Of a DNA stretch of 64,000 bases, positions 39,622 through 52,646 are shown piece after piece. Where the stretch lies: assembly GCA_964247055.1 (NCBI GenBank), contig OZ176054.1:7502001-7566000 (forward strand). The letters are read 5' to 3'. Origin of the DNA: Paragordius varius. Its lineage: Eukaryota > Animalia > Nematomorpha. Numbering within the stretch: position 1 is the first letter of the stretch; every line of letters begins with the position of its first letter. The notes beneath the pieces were generated by a model, which was not told where the DNA came from, ran no database searches, and saw only the letters and a program-made list of their open reading frames with translations. The translations under genes and the position numbers were made by a program.

Positions 39622-42578
39622 TCACATATCGAATTGACTAGTGTGAGATAAAATTGCATTTGCAAAATCGCAATTCCTAACACAGATTTGATCTCTGGGA
39701 TCAAAATTATCTAATTTATTATTGTCGTTTTCGCTTGTTTCAATATCTAAAGGAAAAAATTAAAGTTTAAGGACAATAGTATTAACTAAAGGAAAAATAT
39801 TTTATAAAAAGCAGCCATACTTTTCTCTGATATTTTTGTATCTTTATTTAAATCGTAATACATATAATTGAATGTTACTAATTTGTTTAATCCTTATTTT
39901 AAAATCATATAGGATACAATTGGTAACATTAAAATTATACAAAGTTCAAAAAGTATGGCTCTGTTTAAAAAAATATTTGTCATTTAGTTTTTACGTTTTG
40001 CTTTTAATATTTTAATCTGATTCTAAGAAAAAAATAAAATATTTTTAAAAAGGAATTATTATTAAAATTGGTAAGTATTTTATATTTTATTACCTGAGAT
40101 TTTATCAATATGATCATATATGTGCAAAGATAACGCATTACGGCATAGTTCTTTGAGATCGCTTCCCGTAAAATGTTCGGTAGATTTTGCGATTTCCTCT
40201 AAATTAACATCTTGAGCAAGCTAAATTGCAAATACAATTTATTAAGTTATTTAATAGTGAAGAAATGATATTTTTCATATATTTATTATTAAAACTTCAT
40301 TTTCTTTGTAGTTAGTTTTACATCCTAGAACAATTTAAGTATCTTAAAAAGTATTTAAGGTATTAGGCCGAATTTTAAAATATGCCTCCTTTAACCTTTT
40401 AAGCGCATTACACATTTTTTTAAAAATGTAAAATTAAAAAAAAATCCTCATCTCAAACTTTTTTGCCGCCACTTTTTTCTTTTATTTTTTTTAAATTGCT
40501 TGCAATAGGCAAATAAATGTATATTATGGTTAGAAAATCTAAAGAATTAATATTAAAAAATTTCAGGGATTTTACCAGCAAAATTGATATATTTTGATTT
40601 TAATATCAGCTGTTCGTTTCAATTTGGAACTGCACAATTTTAAACTCTAGAATTAACAAAACTGTAAAAAATATAGGCTTTTATACATGAGAACAATATT
40701 TTATAACTAAACCAACTTAAAAGTAGTTTAATTAAAAAAATGAGCTCTGGGGTAACCCCAATATATCACCCAGGACAAAAAAATGAAAAGGTCATGAAGT
40801 GCTAATAATTTGGTATTACCAAAAAATGTATCCAACTAAAAAGTAAATATTTTACCAAACAGTAATTTATAAATTATACCGGAATATCCTTCAACAAAAG
40901 TTGCAAAATATTAGCTCGCTGTTGCATTGCCTAAATAATTTTTGGATAAAATAATTTCATATCAAAAGTGAAATAAAATTTTTGATCTAAATAGGCATAA
41001 GAAAAATCCTATATTTGTGTTATTTAAAATCAACTCTGATCCTTTTAAAAGGTAAGTCCAAATTAATTCCTATTATTTTTTTGTTTTGTTTTTACTAAAA
41101 ACATCTAATATGTTGGTGTGATGAACTAATTGCTTTGAAATTTCAATATAAAGCAAAACTTGTAGGCGAAATATTAAATTTTTATGTAAATAATGATTTG
41201 AATTCTCGTAATATTTAGAACTAAACTACTTATATTAGTTTTCGTTGACAGTTTTAACAAAATTATATTTTAATATTTAGATAATAAATCATTACAATAT
41301 AATATTTCACATCATACATTGTCACGATACGCTATTAAAAAATTGACCCTAAAGCAAAATAAAAAGAATATACGGGTTTAGGGACATGAAATTTGTTAGG
41401 CATCCTACGGAGAATAGCTTTATCGAGAGAATCTATTCGATTAGTTGCACCAATCAACAAAATTCGATTGTCGTTGTTTGATATAAATCCATCCATTTGT
41501 GTTAAAAATATTGATTTTAAACGAGACGTAACCTCGTGATCAAGCGCGTCACGTGTTCGGAGTAAACAATCTATATATCAGAACATGCATAATAAAATAT
41601 AACATAAAACTTAAACCGTTTATGTGAAAACAACTTTATTTTTGATGCCGTTTTTGGAACCAGAACCACGGTTCCAAACGATTCTAAAAATGATTTTTTT
41701 ATTTTTTTATTAATCTATTTTTTGTAAAATTTTTAGTAACAATTAGTGGTTTATTATTTATACAATGAATATTGCCAAAAAGATTTTTAAAAAACCTTTG
41801 GAACCGAAAACATGACGCAAAACCAAAAATGGATAAAAACTAGAATTTTTTGAAACCTATACCATAATATAAATAAATTAGATGTTAAAATTGTTACCAA
41901 TTTCGTCAATAAATATAATACAGGGTTGCATTTTCAGAGCTAAGCTAAATATAGCCCTAACTAACTTTTCGGTTTCACCATACCATTTGTCTGAAATGGT
42001 GGCGACATCAATCAGAATAAGTGGACAATCTTTTAAAAGTTACAAAAAAATAATAAATATTAATTTATTATATATGAGTAATTAAAACAGCAAAAATATT
42101 TCAATTTACGCACCTATTTGAGAGGCAATAGCTTTAGCTATCATGGTTTTGCCACATCCCGGATCTCCATACAATAACATACCTTTTGGAGCAGTTATTA
42201 GAGAATTTGAAAGAGATGTTAATTTATGGAAGTATAAAAAGGGATTTATAATTCTTTTCCGGATTTCTAGCAGCAAGGAATCAAGTCCACCTATATCTTC
42301 CCATTTCACCATTTTTTCATCGCATATAAGAGATGCAATTTCATATTCATAAACATCCAACTAAATAATTATTTTTTTGAAAACCAACCTCACTTATATC
42401 TTTTTTGGACATATATTTCTCTAAATTAGAACGACCCTAACAATTAGTTAAGCAAAACTTTTTTGGCCAATTTAACATCCCGTTGTTCCAATTTCGTGGC
42501 TACATAATAGGCAATAACAGGTATGATAATTGCTGTTACTAGGCTAAACCCAATCTTAAAAAAAATTTGGTCTGACAT
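39622..42578 (-). CDS. ATAD1: Outer-membrane AAA+ extractase ATAD1/Msp1
   Basis: N-terminal transmembrane segment, YEYEIAS...WEDIGGL, Walker [24 protein letters not shown], Walker B IIFIDEID, GATNR...[21 protein letters not shown]. Exons begin 42578-42459, 42436-42389 and 42360 onward; later exons include 40930-40880 and 39746-39622. Confidence 0.9.
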
Positions 42579-42620
42579 CAGGATGATAACAAATGCATTT
42601 GTGAGTGAAGAAAAATAACC

Positions 42621-45337
42621 ATGAAAAATCGTGTCTTGGACCATCAACTTGATATATTTAAACACAATGCCTGGGATAATTCATTATGGACTGAAGATCA
42701 AATCAAAGATGCTTTGCATAAAATCAATCTTAATGCTTCCTCGAAATTAGATCCAAAAATGAGTGGTATTATTTAAACAACTGGATCAGATATATATATT
42801 AGAGATGCTCCATTATATTGGGATAAATTTTACGAAATTCATGATAGAAATTTTTTTAAAGACAGATCATGGCTTTTATCCGAATTTCCCGAAATTGAAT
42901 CAAGTTGAAAGCTTGTAATTTTAGAGAGCGCCAATAATCTATTTCCTTTATACCGATATTTTTATGAGAAACCAAGTTTGTTACACTTAAAGATTACTGA
43001 CGACTATGTTAAAAAAGCTCATAATGTTTGGGAAATCGGATGTGGTGTTGGTAACACCATGTTTCCTATATTGTCCAATTTAAAGTATTTAATTATTTTA
43101 TTTGCTTAGAACTAACAATTATTATTTATTTGGTTCAGATTTTTCCTCTACAGCCATTAAAATTTTGCAAGTTTTTTGTAAATTATTTAATTTATTAGTC
43201 AAACCCTAGCTATGATTCCGAAAAGGCTTATGTCTTTGTTTCCGATATTACCACATGTGATGAACGCGATTTACCGTTTTCCAAAGAGAGCATTGATGTA
43301 ATAATCCTAATTTTTGTCCTCTCAGCTCTTAAACCAGAAAAGTATAGTTTTCGGTGCTATAATCTTTTATTTTGTTTTAAATAATGATTTTGGATAAAAT
43401 TATTAGATTGATTATATAAATACGTTAATTAAATAGATTAAAAAATGTTATCGATACTATTTTTCGTTACCTTAAACCACATGGTTACGTATTGATTCGA
43501 GATTATGGGCGCTATGATTTGGCTCAGCTACGATTTAAAACAGGTTTTATTTTCAGAATTTACAAAATTTTCTTATTTGTTTAATATTTTCTATTCAATT
43601 GCACATATTTGGCATATTCATATCTGATACATTTAACACTTCGAATCTAATTGGGGTTTCTAAATACCCCATGCAATATACAATTTGTTATTTTTAAACT
43701 TCTGAACGGGCTCAATTCAATATGCTTCTATCCTTATAAAAAATATTTAAATAAACCAAAATTAAATTTAGTTTTGAAAAAAATGTTCCAGATCAAATCA
43801 CTTAGGCGTCATTTTTATTTGACAATATTTTTGCAAAATATCGTCTTTATTTAATTTTAAAGTTAAAAAAAAGCAAATTTTTTCTTTAAATCACATCTAA
43901 CAGATAAAAACAAAAAAAAGTTGTTTATTTTGTTTTTTTATATTTAGCTAATCCACACATGTCAGGTTTACTTAGTTTTTACCGTACCTTAAAATAATTA
44001 ATATCGATTTTGAATGATTTTTATATTTCGGTTTAGTAATGTTATATAAGTGCAAACTTTTGCCATGGTTTTAATTCTTTGAATATTTTTTGGAGTATTT
44101 AATTTTAAACAGGCCTGGGGGATCTAACTACCCTAAATTAAATCGAAGCACTGAATTGAATAGATGTTGTATCCAAGTGTTAACAAATGTGTGCAATGGT
44201 GTTTCCAACATTTTTGCAGAATACTTTGAATACTTTAAATTTAAGTTTTTGTTCAATAGATATTTTTAGTTGAATACCAAAAAACAATTAAAAAAATACC
44301 ATAAAATCATTTTCCAAGATATAGGCACTGTAACAACTGCATTACAATATAACTTTTCTTTCGTAAAATAAAAAAAATGCTGTAAAGATTTTGCCTTACG
44401 CGACGGATTATTCCGTTTTTAAATATCTTGCCAGTATTCCGTTAAAATAAGCGTTAGGTTCGACTTGAAATCTAATGTCTATAGTTTATCATGATTCAGA
44501 TGGGTTAATACCTGATTTCCAACTTTAACAACAATTTATGGTATCGTATTACGGCTTAGTTAAAAAAATTTCAAGGTTTTGTTTATTGTTTACATTGCTT
44601 TTAGTTATTATATTTATAAAAGGTTAATTGTATAAGGGGTCACAACTTTATTGAACAAAATATTTTTTTTAAATTATTTTCCAAACCAATAGCTTTTTAA
44701 TTAATTTACTTATTTATTTAAAGTATTTTATTTTTTTAGGCCAATGCTTGGATGACAATTTTTATGTTCGAAAAGATGGTACCTGTGTATACTTTTTCAC
44801 ACAAGGTTTATATTCTATATGATTTTTGTATTTGCATTCTTTATTTTATAATATTTTTAATATTTATACCCTTTGAATATACCCAATATTAAATGTTTAA
44901 ATATTAGCCAATTCGGACATATTTTTATTGATTTTTAGAGGCAAAATCGAAAACAACATTAAAAAAAACGTTAATCTTTTGCTTATTTTAAAAAATGATG
45001 GATATAATATAATGCCATGATCCAGCTCCAAACTATTTAAGTTTATACATATAAGGATTTGCAGTTTTAACATTATATAAAGAGCTATATTTTTAAATAA
45101 AATATTATTTTGCTAAAAGGTATTATCTTCTGAAATTAAATATTTGTAGAGGATATGAAAGAATTATTTTTGAATGATGGATACAATCAAACTGGTTATC
45201 GATTTGAAGAAAAACAGAACATATTGGATAAACGCATAATTGTTAATCGAAAAAAGAAACTTGTCATGCACAGAGTTTGGTTACAGTGCAAATATCAAAA
45301 GGTCCCTTTTCTAGAAAAAAATGATAATAGCACATAA
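42621..45337 (+). CDS. METTL2: tRNA N3-methylcytidine methyltransferase METTL2-like
   Basis: [98 protein letters not shown]. Exons are joined by introns 42766-42789, 42904-42924, 43085-43109, 43171-43198 and larger ones. Confidence 0.92.
43637..44179. mobile_element. piggyBac-like non-autonomous element in a METTL2 intron
   Basis: TTAA-CACTTCGA...TCCAAGTG-TTAA; same family as 15310-15884. Confidence 0.75.
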
Positions 45338-47986
45338 ATAAATTTATTAGTGAACACAATTTTTTATCCTCACATGAATGGTGCCAAATCTAATTGGTTG
45401 ATATTCAAACGCGACTTCGTCACTCTGGCTTAAACATGTCAATCGATCTAAAAGGGCATTTCCAAACGTTGTAACTGAGACTAATTTTACGATTTTGATT
45501 TTAAGGTCTCGTTTGTTTGATTGATTTGTAGGGTTTGTCCCACATTTAAATTTATAGTGTAGTTTAGGTAGTAATTATAATCCAAATTCAAATATTCTAT
45601 GATACATTTTGATGCATTATGGGTCAGGATACTGAACTAAATATGCATGTGAAAATATATTTTACATTAAAAAAATGTAGAATTAAATATTAATATCTAC
45701 TATTTTGGACAATTAATGTATATTGTAAATTTTAGATGTGAGTCCTAACGAGTATAATCAATTAAAAAAAGTCAGATTATGCGTATATATAAAAACAGTG
45801 AATTTTCATCCCTTTAAATTATTAATAATTAGCAACAATTTTTTAATATTTTTCCCTATGATTGATTTTAGTTAGCATTAAAACGACTTTTTACGTAAAT
45901 TATTATTATTTTATTATATAGATATAATGCATAATAAATAATAAGATTTATTGCTTAATATTTCATAAAGCGCTTTCGCAAAAAGGCCTTAAATTATGAA
46001 TCTCTTTACTCAATATTTTTAAAATGTATTATTGAATACGATATAAGGAAATAATTTTTTTAAGCCAGTGCTTTAATGGATTTAGTTTTAAACATGTTAT
46101 CACTCTTACTATAAATCCAAATGTATTGAAGTAAATGTTGCCATGTTACAACTACAAATAAAATATGTATGCTAAGAAGATAATAAAAAGCTCAAAAATT
46201 TAGTAATCTCAGGGATTTGGGTTCCGGTTCTAAGTCATATCTCCGATATTAAGAAAAAATATTCGGGACAGATTTCTTTAATTTAAAGTTTTTGGTTGAT
46301 TATCTTTTTTATTTAGCAGTGGGCAAAATTTTAATTAACTCATAAGATTTTAAAACTCATTTATATGATTAAATTTTGATATTTGATACGTATATATTAA
46401 TAATTATTAAATTATATACTGTAATGTGATGCAATTTAATAGGACATGAGGCAAAAAAGGATTCTACAAAATCATTTTTGTATTTGACGGTTATTTCTTT
46501 TTCTTTTTTATTGGCAAAATTTTCCAAAAGGTGTAAAAAAGTTGGGTGTACTAATCTGAAACCATTTGGAAGGATTTGATGATAAATGATAACATCTCTA
46601 AATAATTTACATTAAAATTTACTGTTAAGCATAATAAATTATTTGCATTAAATAAAAAAGATAATACGCTGTTACATATTTAGAGAAGTTACCCTAGCCG
46701 CACTTTATAAGTTGATTGTTAAGCTGAAGCTTATGGCTTATTTTATTCCAGTAATGGTTAATATGATTATCAGAACGGGTATCGGAAAAAGCTGATTCTT
46801 ATCTTTGAGTAACCAGTTCCGATGGTTCCAACCTGGATTAAGTCCAATATCTTAAGGAAATTTTTGTCTTTTCAATAGTGACACTGTTTGAAATATTTGG
46901 AATCAACTCTGTCTACTAACACCTCGCTCTCTACTCCATAATTGGTTTAATATATATTTTTCAGCAGAGCTAATTGAAAGCAATTCTAGAGTTTTTATAA
47001 AATTTACCCTTAACGCCAAAGATAACTTCATCAATTCTATTCAATAAATATAAAACTGTGTTTTAAGCTTCATTTCGCTTTGACACTCTAGTTATTCAAT
47101 TATGCGCACAAAAAGGGATATATGTCTATGTATTTGAAGGCTCCAATACGATAATCATAATGTTTTTTTTGCATTATCCCTATTATTAGGTCATATAAAA
47201 TATATTTAAATAGATTATATACATTTTATTAATTTCATGGCAATTTTTTCCATTTTAATAAAAACTCCGACTGGGGACATTCTATGTTAAGCCATCAGCC
47301 ATACACGAACTCGTATAAGGTTAAAAAACTAAAAACTAAATAAATACTGTAAAATCAAAAATACTTCCACTAAATATTACAAACTAGACTGACTCGATGT
47401 GAACTCCGAGATTCGCACAATCGGATGGATTTTTATTTGTATAAATGAAAAAAGAGACAACGTTTTTACTAGGCAACAATGATGAAATGTTTCATAATGA
47501 TTGCTTGTATAAATATTTTTTCCAAGATAACAAGTACAATTTAAATGCAGTTTAAGGAAAAATTTGGATATATCCTAAAAAATACTATCAGTCTGCATGT
47601 TTAAATATACGTGTTATTTAAATTTTTAAGTATCAAGTGAGATATATAATACAGTAAATTATTTAATCTATTATTTTATTTTTGTGTTAAATCGAAGAAG
47701 TTTGACGATTCTTACAAAAATTCATTAATAATAATTATTTATAAATTTTGCTGATGTTTGCATTATATTATTCAAATATAAATACGTAAAAAAATTTGTT
47801 GACTATGTAAAAGTATAGTTATTTTTAAGAATACAACTAATGCTTACTAGTTGACTATTTGTAAATTCTGTTATTATAAAACTTAAATATAAATTTAACG
47901 ATATGTTAAGCTTTGTGTCATTTTGTTTCGTGCTTTTAGCACTCATTGACCAACTATTTGAGGTATACACATCGATTTTTTATATA

Positions 47987-49113
47987 TATCAAATGTAGTT
48001 ATAAGTACTTACCGGTTAACTAAGAGCCGTCATTGGAAAGTGCACTAAACTCTAATTTGTGGTCTAACATCAAATGACAAACACACAAATGCAATCCGCC
48101 AGATAACTTCCGTCCTTTATTATCATTTATTAATGTCGTATTTTATGCCTGAAAGAAATTTGTGGCGCAAAACGGTTTTCTTATTCCATTAAAATAAAAA
48201 TATTGTTGAAAGTCATCGTTTGCTCATAGAAACATATGGTTAATAGCTCCATCTACTGATGCTGATTAAAACACTAACATGGGGAAAAGTTGCGATTTCA
48301 ACGTGAAAGAGAGTGGGCGCTTTGAGGACACAACGTAAAAGACACAATGAGTTAGTGAGTAATAACCCCCTTAAATTCGATGGAAATTGGCGGAAACATT
48401 ACATTATAAAAACAATCACTAGACGTCTGTGAGTATTGAGAAAGATCAATAAACTCGATAATTGGGATTCACACAATTCGAATGAACGTTAAATTGGAAA
48501 TCGCAAATTGTGTGCTTCAGCGAGGACCTAATGTTGGAATCAAATTGACGGGTGATAAGAAGTGGCTTAATTTAGTTAAGCTTAAAGCAAAGATCGTGGC
48601 TTTTACCTTGCCAACCCGGTCCATCAAGATGAAGAACAAATCGCTTTGGAAAATGACCATGCTCTGTGTATGGTGGTACCAGAGAGGTGTTGTTTGACTT
48701 TTCAAACCCGGAAACCATTGATACACAACGCTAATGCCAACAAATTATTTTTAATGTATTAATCAAACGTCCGGAAAGGCCAGATCTGGCAATTTTACCA
48801 CATGACAATGCTCCGCCTCATGCTGTTAAAACAGTGAAAGACACCTTAAAATGGCTTCAATGGTAATTTTTTCTCCGCCGTACTCTCCTGACCCATCTGA
48901 CTACTACCTCTTCGCATCGATGAAGTGCTAGCTCGCGGCACAATATTTCCATATTTTTTAAAACGTTGAAAAATACATTTAATTGACATGACATTCATTT
49001 ATTAGATTGACAAAATGTGTAGAAGCCGTGAAATATTTAGAATAAAAGAAATAGATTTCCCTTCAAAAGTATATTATTTCACTAAAACTGTAAAGACTTA
49101 TGACAACCTGGTA
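47987..49113 (+). mobile_element. Degenerate Mos1-like mariner element; transposase pseudogene at 48133-49045
   Basis: MSYFMPE...FH*NKNIVESHRLLIETYG, LTGDKKW, KMTMLCVWWYQRGVV, HDNAPPH, PPYSPD..SDYYLFASM, KCVEA.KYLE*. The right TIR ends ...TATGACAACCTGG-TA at 49111; the left TIR near 47990-48020 is degenerate. Confidence 0.88.
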
Positions 49114-51591
49114 TATATACACATATATATATATATACATATATATCCAACTTTGCAAATATATAAATGCAGTTTATAAAATAAAACTATTAATTTAAAA
49201 TTATATACCTAAGTTTTTTAAAGTCATTGTTGACGTAACCAACAATATTGTAGAATCCACTTTGATTAATCAATTGACACATATAATGAACACTGATATA
49301 AGTTTCTGTTAGTGCAAAATGTTTAGGAAAATGTAATGATAGTAAAAAAGTACATTGGTACTTCTTCATCAAATATTGCCAGATATATTTATATCATTGG
49401 ATTTCTTTCACTGTTTCTTAAGATTAACTAATATCATTTCTCTATACTCTAAATGCTCTCAGGCAATATTTAATTCCTCGTACTGTGTCATCCCGTAACG
49501 AATAGTAAGTTTCGTCATAAGCAAACAAGATTACATAATAATAAAATTTTAAAATTTGTTGCATAATAATCAACAATAATTTGGTCATAGAAAATATTTT
49601 AGCCCTAAAACCGGTACATATCTATCAAATCAAATGGTTTTTCATTTTTATGTCGAGATATATAAAAATAAATTTTAGCCTTGAAATCGACTTATCTTGC
49701 TTCTTGTTATCACTCAAGCCTATCAAAGTTATACTAAGTGCATAAAAGCAGCAATACCCTAGTCAGACAAATTCTTCGTCTCTATAAATTCTGCCTAAAA
49801 TTAAACATATTTCAAATTTTTTCCTCAACCTATTTTCTTGCCTTTGTTCAATATATTTCACTTTTTTATAAACGAATACATTTTGGTGTGTTTTTTTGTC
49901 TCAAAGTAAACTTGTAAAATACTTATATTAAGAATATTGTTTTACCTAAAATATAATGAAGCTTTTAAATGGTCATATGATGCATATTTTTAAATTTGGC
50001 CCAATAATGGCCCGACTAATTACTCCAAAAGGTATCGTTTTATTTAAAATATTATTCAAACTCAATAAATTTTATTTAAAAAAATTGAAGTAAATTTGGC
50101 TGTCATTTTATACAAGTATATTATATCGAAACCGTAAAAAAGATGTTTTTCAGGATATTTATTTTCTGGAAAGGTTTATCTTCGTTGTATCTGCATATTA
50201 CGGACTTCACGTTGTGGTCTTAAAAATATAAAACTTTTGCGTCAAATTTATTACATTAAAATTAATGAGAGCGAGAGAGCTGCGTTTTTCTTTTGATAAA
50301 TTTTATGAAATCAATCCTTCGCTGTTTCATATATCAAGTATGAAAGTATAATCAGAGATATTTTAGCTAAATTATTGTTTTTGGAAATAATTTGTAGGAA
50401 TTTCCACGAGTATGATATTTCAACTTTTCTGATCGCACGAGAAAAAGTGTTGTGCTGAATAAAATTTACTTATATTTATATTTGAATATAATGTGACCAG
50501 CTGAGCATTTTTTCACAAGAGCATTTGTACTGTGTTAGCTATATTGTCTTTTTAGATTTAAAAAAATATGTTTTCAAGTTTTTCTGCTATTATAATTTAA
50601 AATTAGTAATAAATTATTTTTAATTTTATGAAAATTCTTAGAGTCCTTGTTGAAAAATATATGGCTCATAATTTGCGTTATAATCTTTTACTGTAAAAAG
50701 AAATGTACTTAAAATTAGGGCTATATTTTAAACACATTTTAACTAAAATAGAGTTTTGTTACTAAAATATTATTTAAAAAAGATTTTAAAATAAAAAATA
50801 CTACTTAAAAATAAGGTATATAAAAAATGAACCTGGCGTGTTATTACATACATTTGGACAATCCTCTATAAGAAATTTAGAATATATAATAACTTCGACA
50901 ATCTTTTAACGTATATTTCATTAAGGCATAATTAAAAGTAGAGGCTACAAAATTTCTGACCAAAAAATATGTAAAGTAATTGAGAGGTTTATTTTGCCTA
51001 AGGCTAATCTCCACAAAAAATTCTTCCCTGCTTCTATTGTAACGATAAACTTCAAATATTCGGAAGGGTTGTTTCCATGGTTGAATTATTTTATACTACC
51101 AAATATAATTAATTTAAAGCTTACGTGATCAACAAAATTACGTTTAAGGCTATTGGAATACATGAGCGATGCATTTACGCATATATTATCACCAATTTGT
51201 GGGATCGAAAATAAGTACATTGTCTGATTTTGTGTACCACATACATTAATTATGTTATCGGATTCTGTCCAAATATCTACTATAATCTGATTTTGCGATA
51301 TATAATATATATATATATATATGCAGTAAAAAATAAAATTATACAGACAAAATGTGAAAACAAAAAGACAAATATTTTTTCAAAAAAACACCGATACATT
51401 TTAAACCTTCATTAATATTCTTATAGTTATGAGATAATTGGTAACACGCTAAATTATTAAATTAAAATATATCATATAATGTTAGAATGGATTTAAAAAG
51501 TGTTTTTGCATTTTGAAAATAAACTGTCTTGTTTTCGCAATTTGTCTGTATGATTTCAATTTTTCCTAAATATATATATATATATATATAT

Positions 51592-52641
51592 CAGGGCAAG
51601 GACCGGTTCTTGTGGTTATTTAATGGAACCTTTGTTCCACGATGAGAACCGGAACAGAGTTAAAATTTTAAGAGAATCGTTTTGGAACGTTACATTTTTT
51701 AAAAACCGCTTCTGAAACCGAAAAAAATGTAAATAAGAGAAACCGTTAAGTTTTGTTACACATTATACGATATTTAAAATATATCGAGAAAATTACTCTT
51801 TTACATTTTTTAGATATCAGGAAGATGTTATTGTTTGAGTTGGATCAGTTGAAAAATAATTGTATAATGGAATATTTTGTCAATAGAGATCAGCATTATC
51901 TTACATATCCATCTTTAGAAAGGAGAACTTTCATACGAGAAAAAATGCACTGCAAGAAATAACCTATTGGCTCTTCATGCACGTATTGTATAAAGTAAGT
52001 CATGTAAATTCAATGGAAGTGGGTGATAATTTTGAATTGTTAATGATAAAAAAAATACACTCAAACAAAAGTCATAAAATTTTTGATAAAACTGCATTTG
52101 CATCCACCTCTGTAAAAATTTGGAAAATTATACAAATATTTAAAGTTTACAAATCGAAATTTGTATTTGCCAAAATAATTAGGAAATATCGGCATAAGTA
52201 TTTTATATATTACTAATATTTTAGGTCAGTGTAAAAGATCATTTTCAACTCAAATTTATTTGCTCGAATCTTAGATCATCATTGGCACAAGAGAGACTGA
52301 GATCCATCATTTTTTAAAAAATGAACAAAAATATATTAGATATGATTTGATTTTTATTGAATTACATTTGTAATGCGAATAATTGAATATCTAAATACTT
52401 AATCTACACTTATCCAATTGTTTGTTGATTACATTATTTATATTGATAAATTAGATAATAGGTGCTTACATGAATATGTTTTTGGAATAATCATCAAATA
52501 TATGGATATATGATCGGAACCATTTTAAGAACCGGTTATTCTACAGTGAGCCGGTCAAATTAAACCGGAACCGAAATTAGTTAATATTTTAATAACCGTT
52601 TTGGAACCGGTTCCAAATTTAGCCTCAGGTTCCAAGCCCAG
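51592..52641 (+). mobile_element. hAT deletion derivative retaining the C-terminal dimerisation domain
   Basis: Ends CAGGGC...GCCCAG with dense GAACCG/CGGTTC subterminal motifs. Region 52225-52325 reads CKRSFST / KFICSNLRSSLAQERLRSII across a frameshift. Similar AACCG-rich pieces lie near 1040-1100, 17080-17180 and 41640-41850. Confidence 0.62.
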
Positions 52642-52646
52642 ATATA

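Noticed and set aside
41882-42352. Plus-strand ORFs 41882-42085 and 42143-42352
   Set aside because: Antisense shadows of ATAD1 exons.
46680-47200. Possible non-LTR retroelement fragment (DIGLNPG on the minus strand)
   Set aside because: A single short motif amid stops; insufficient.
49880-51590. Extension of the 51.6-kb hAT relic further upstream
   Set aside because: Only vague C..H-like and RW-like hints; no continuous homology.
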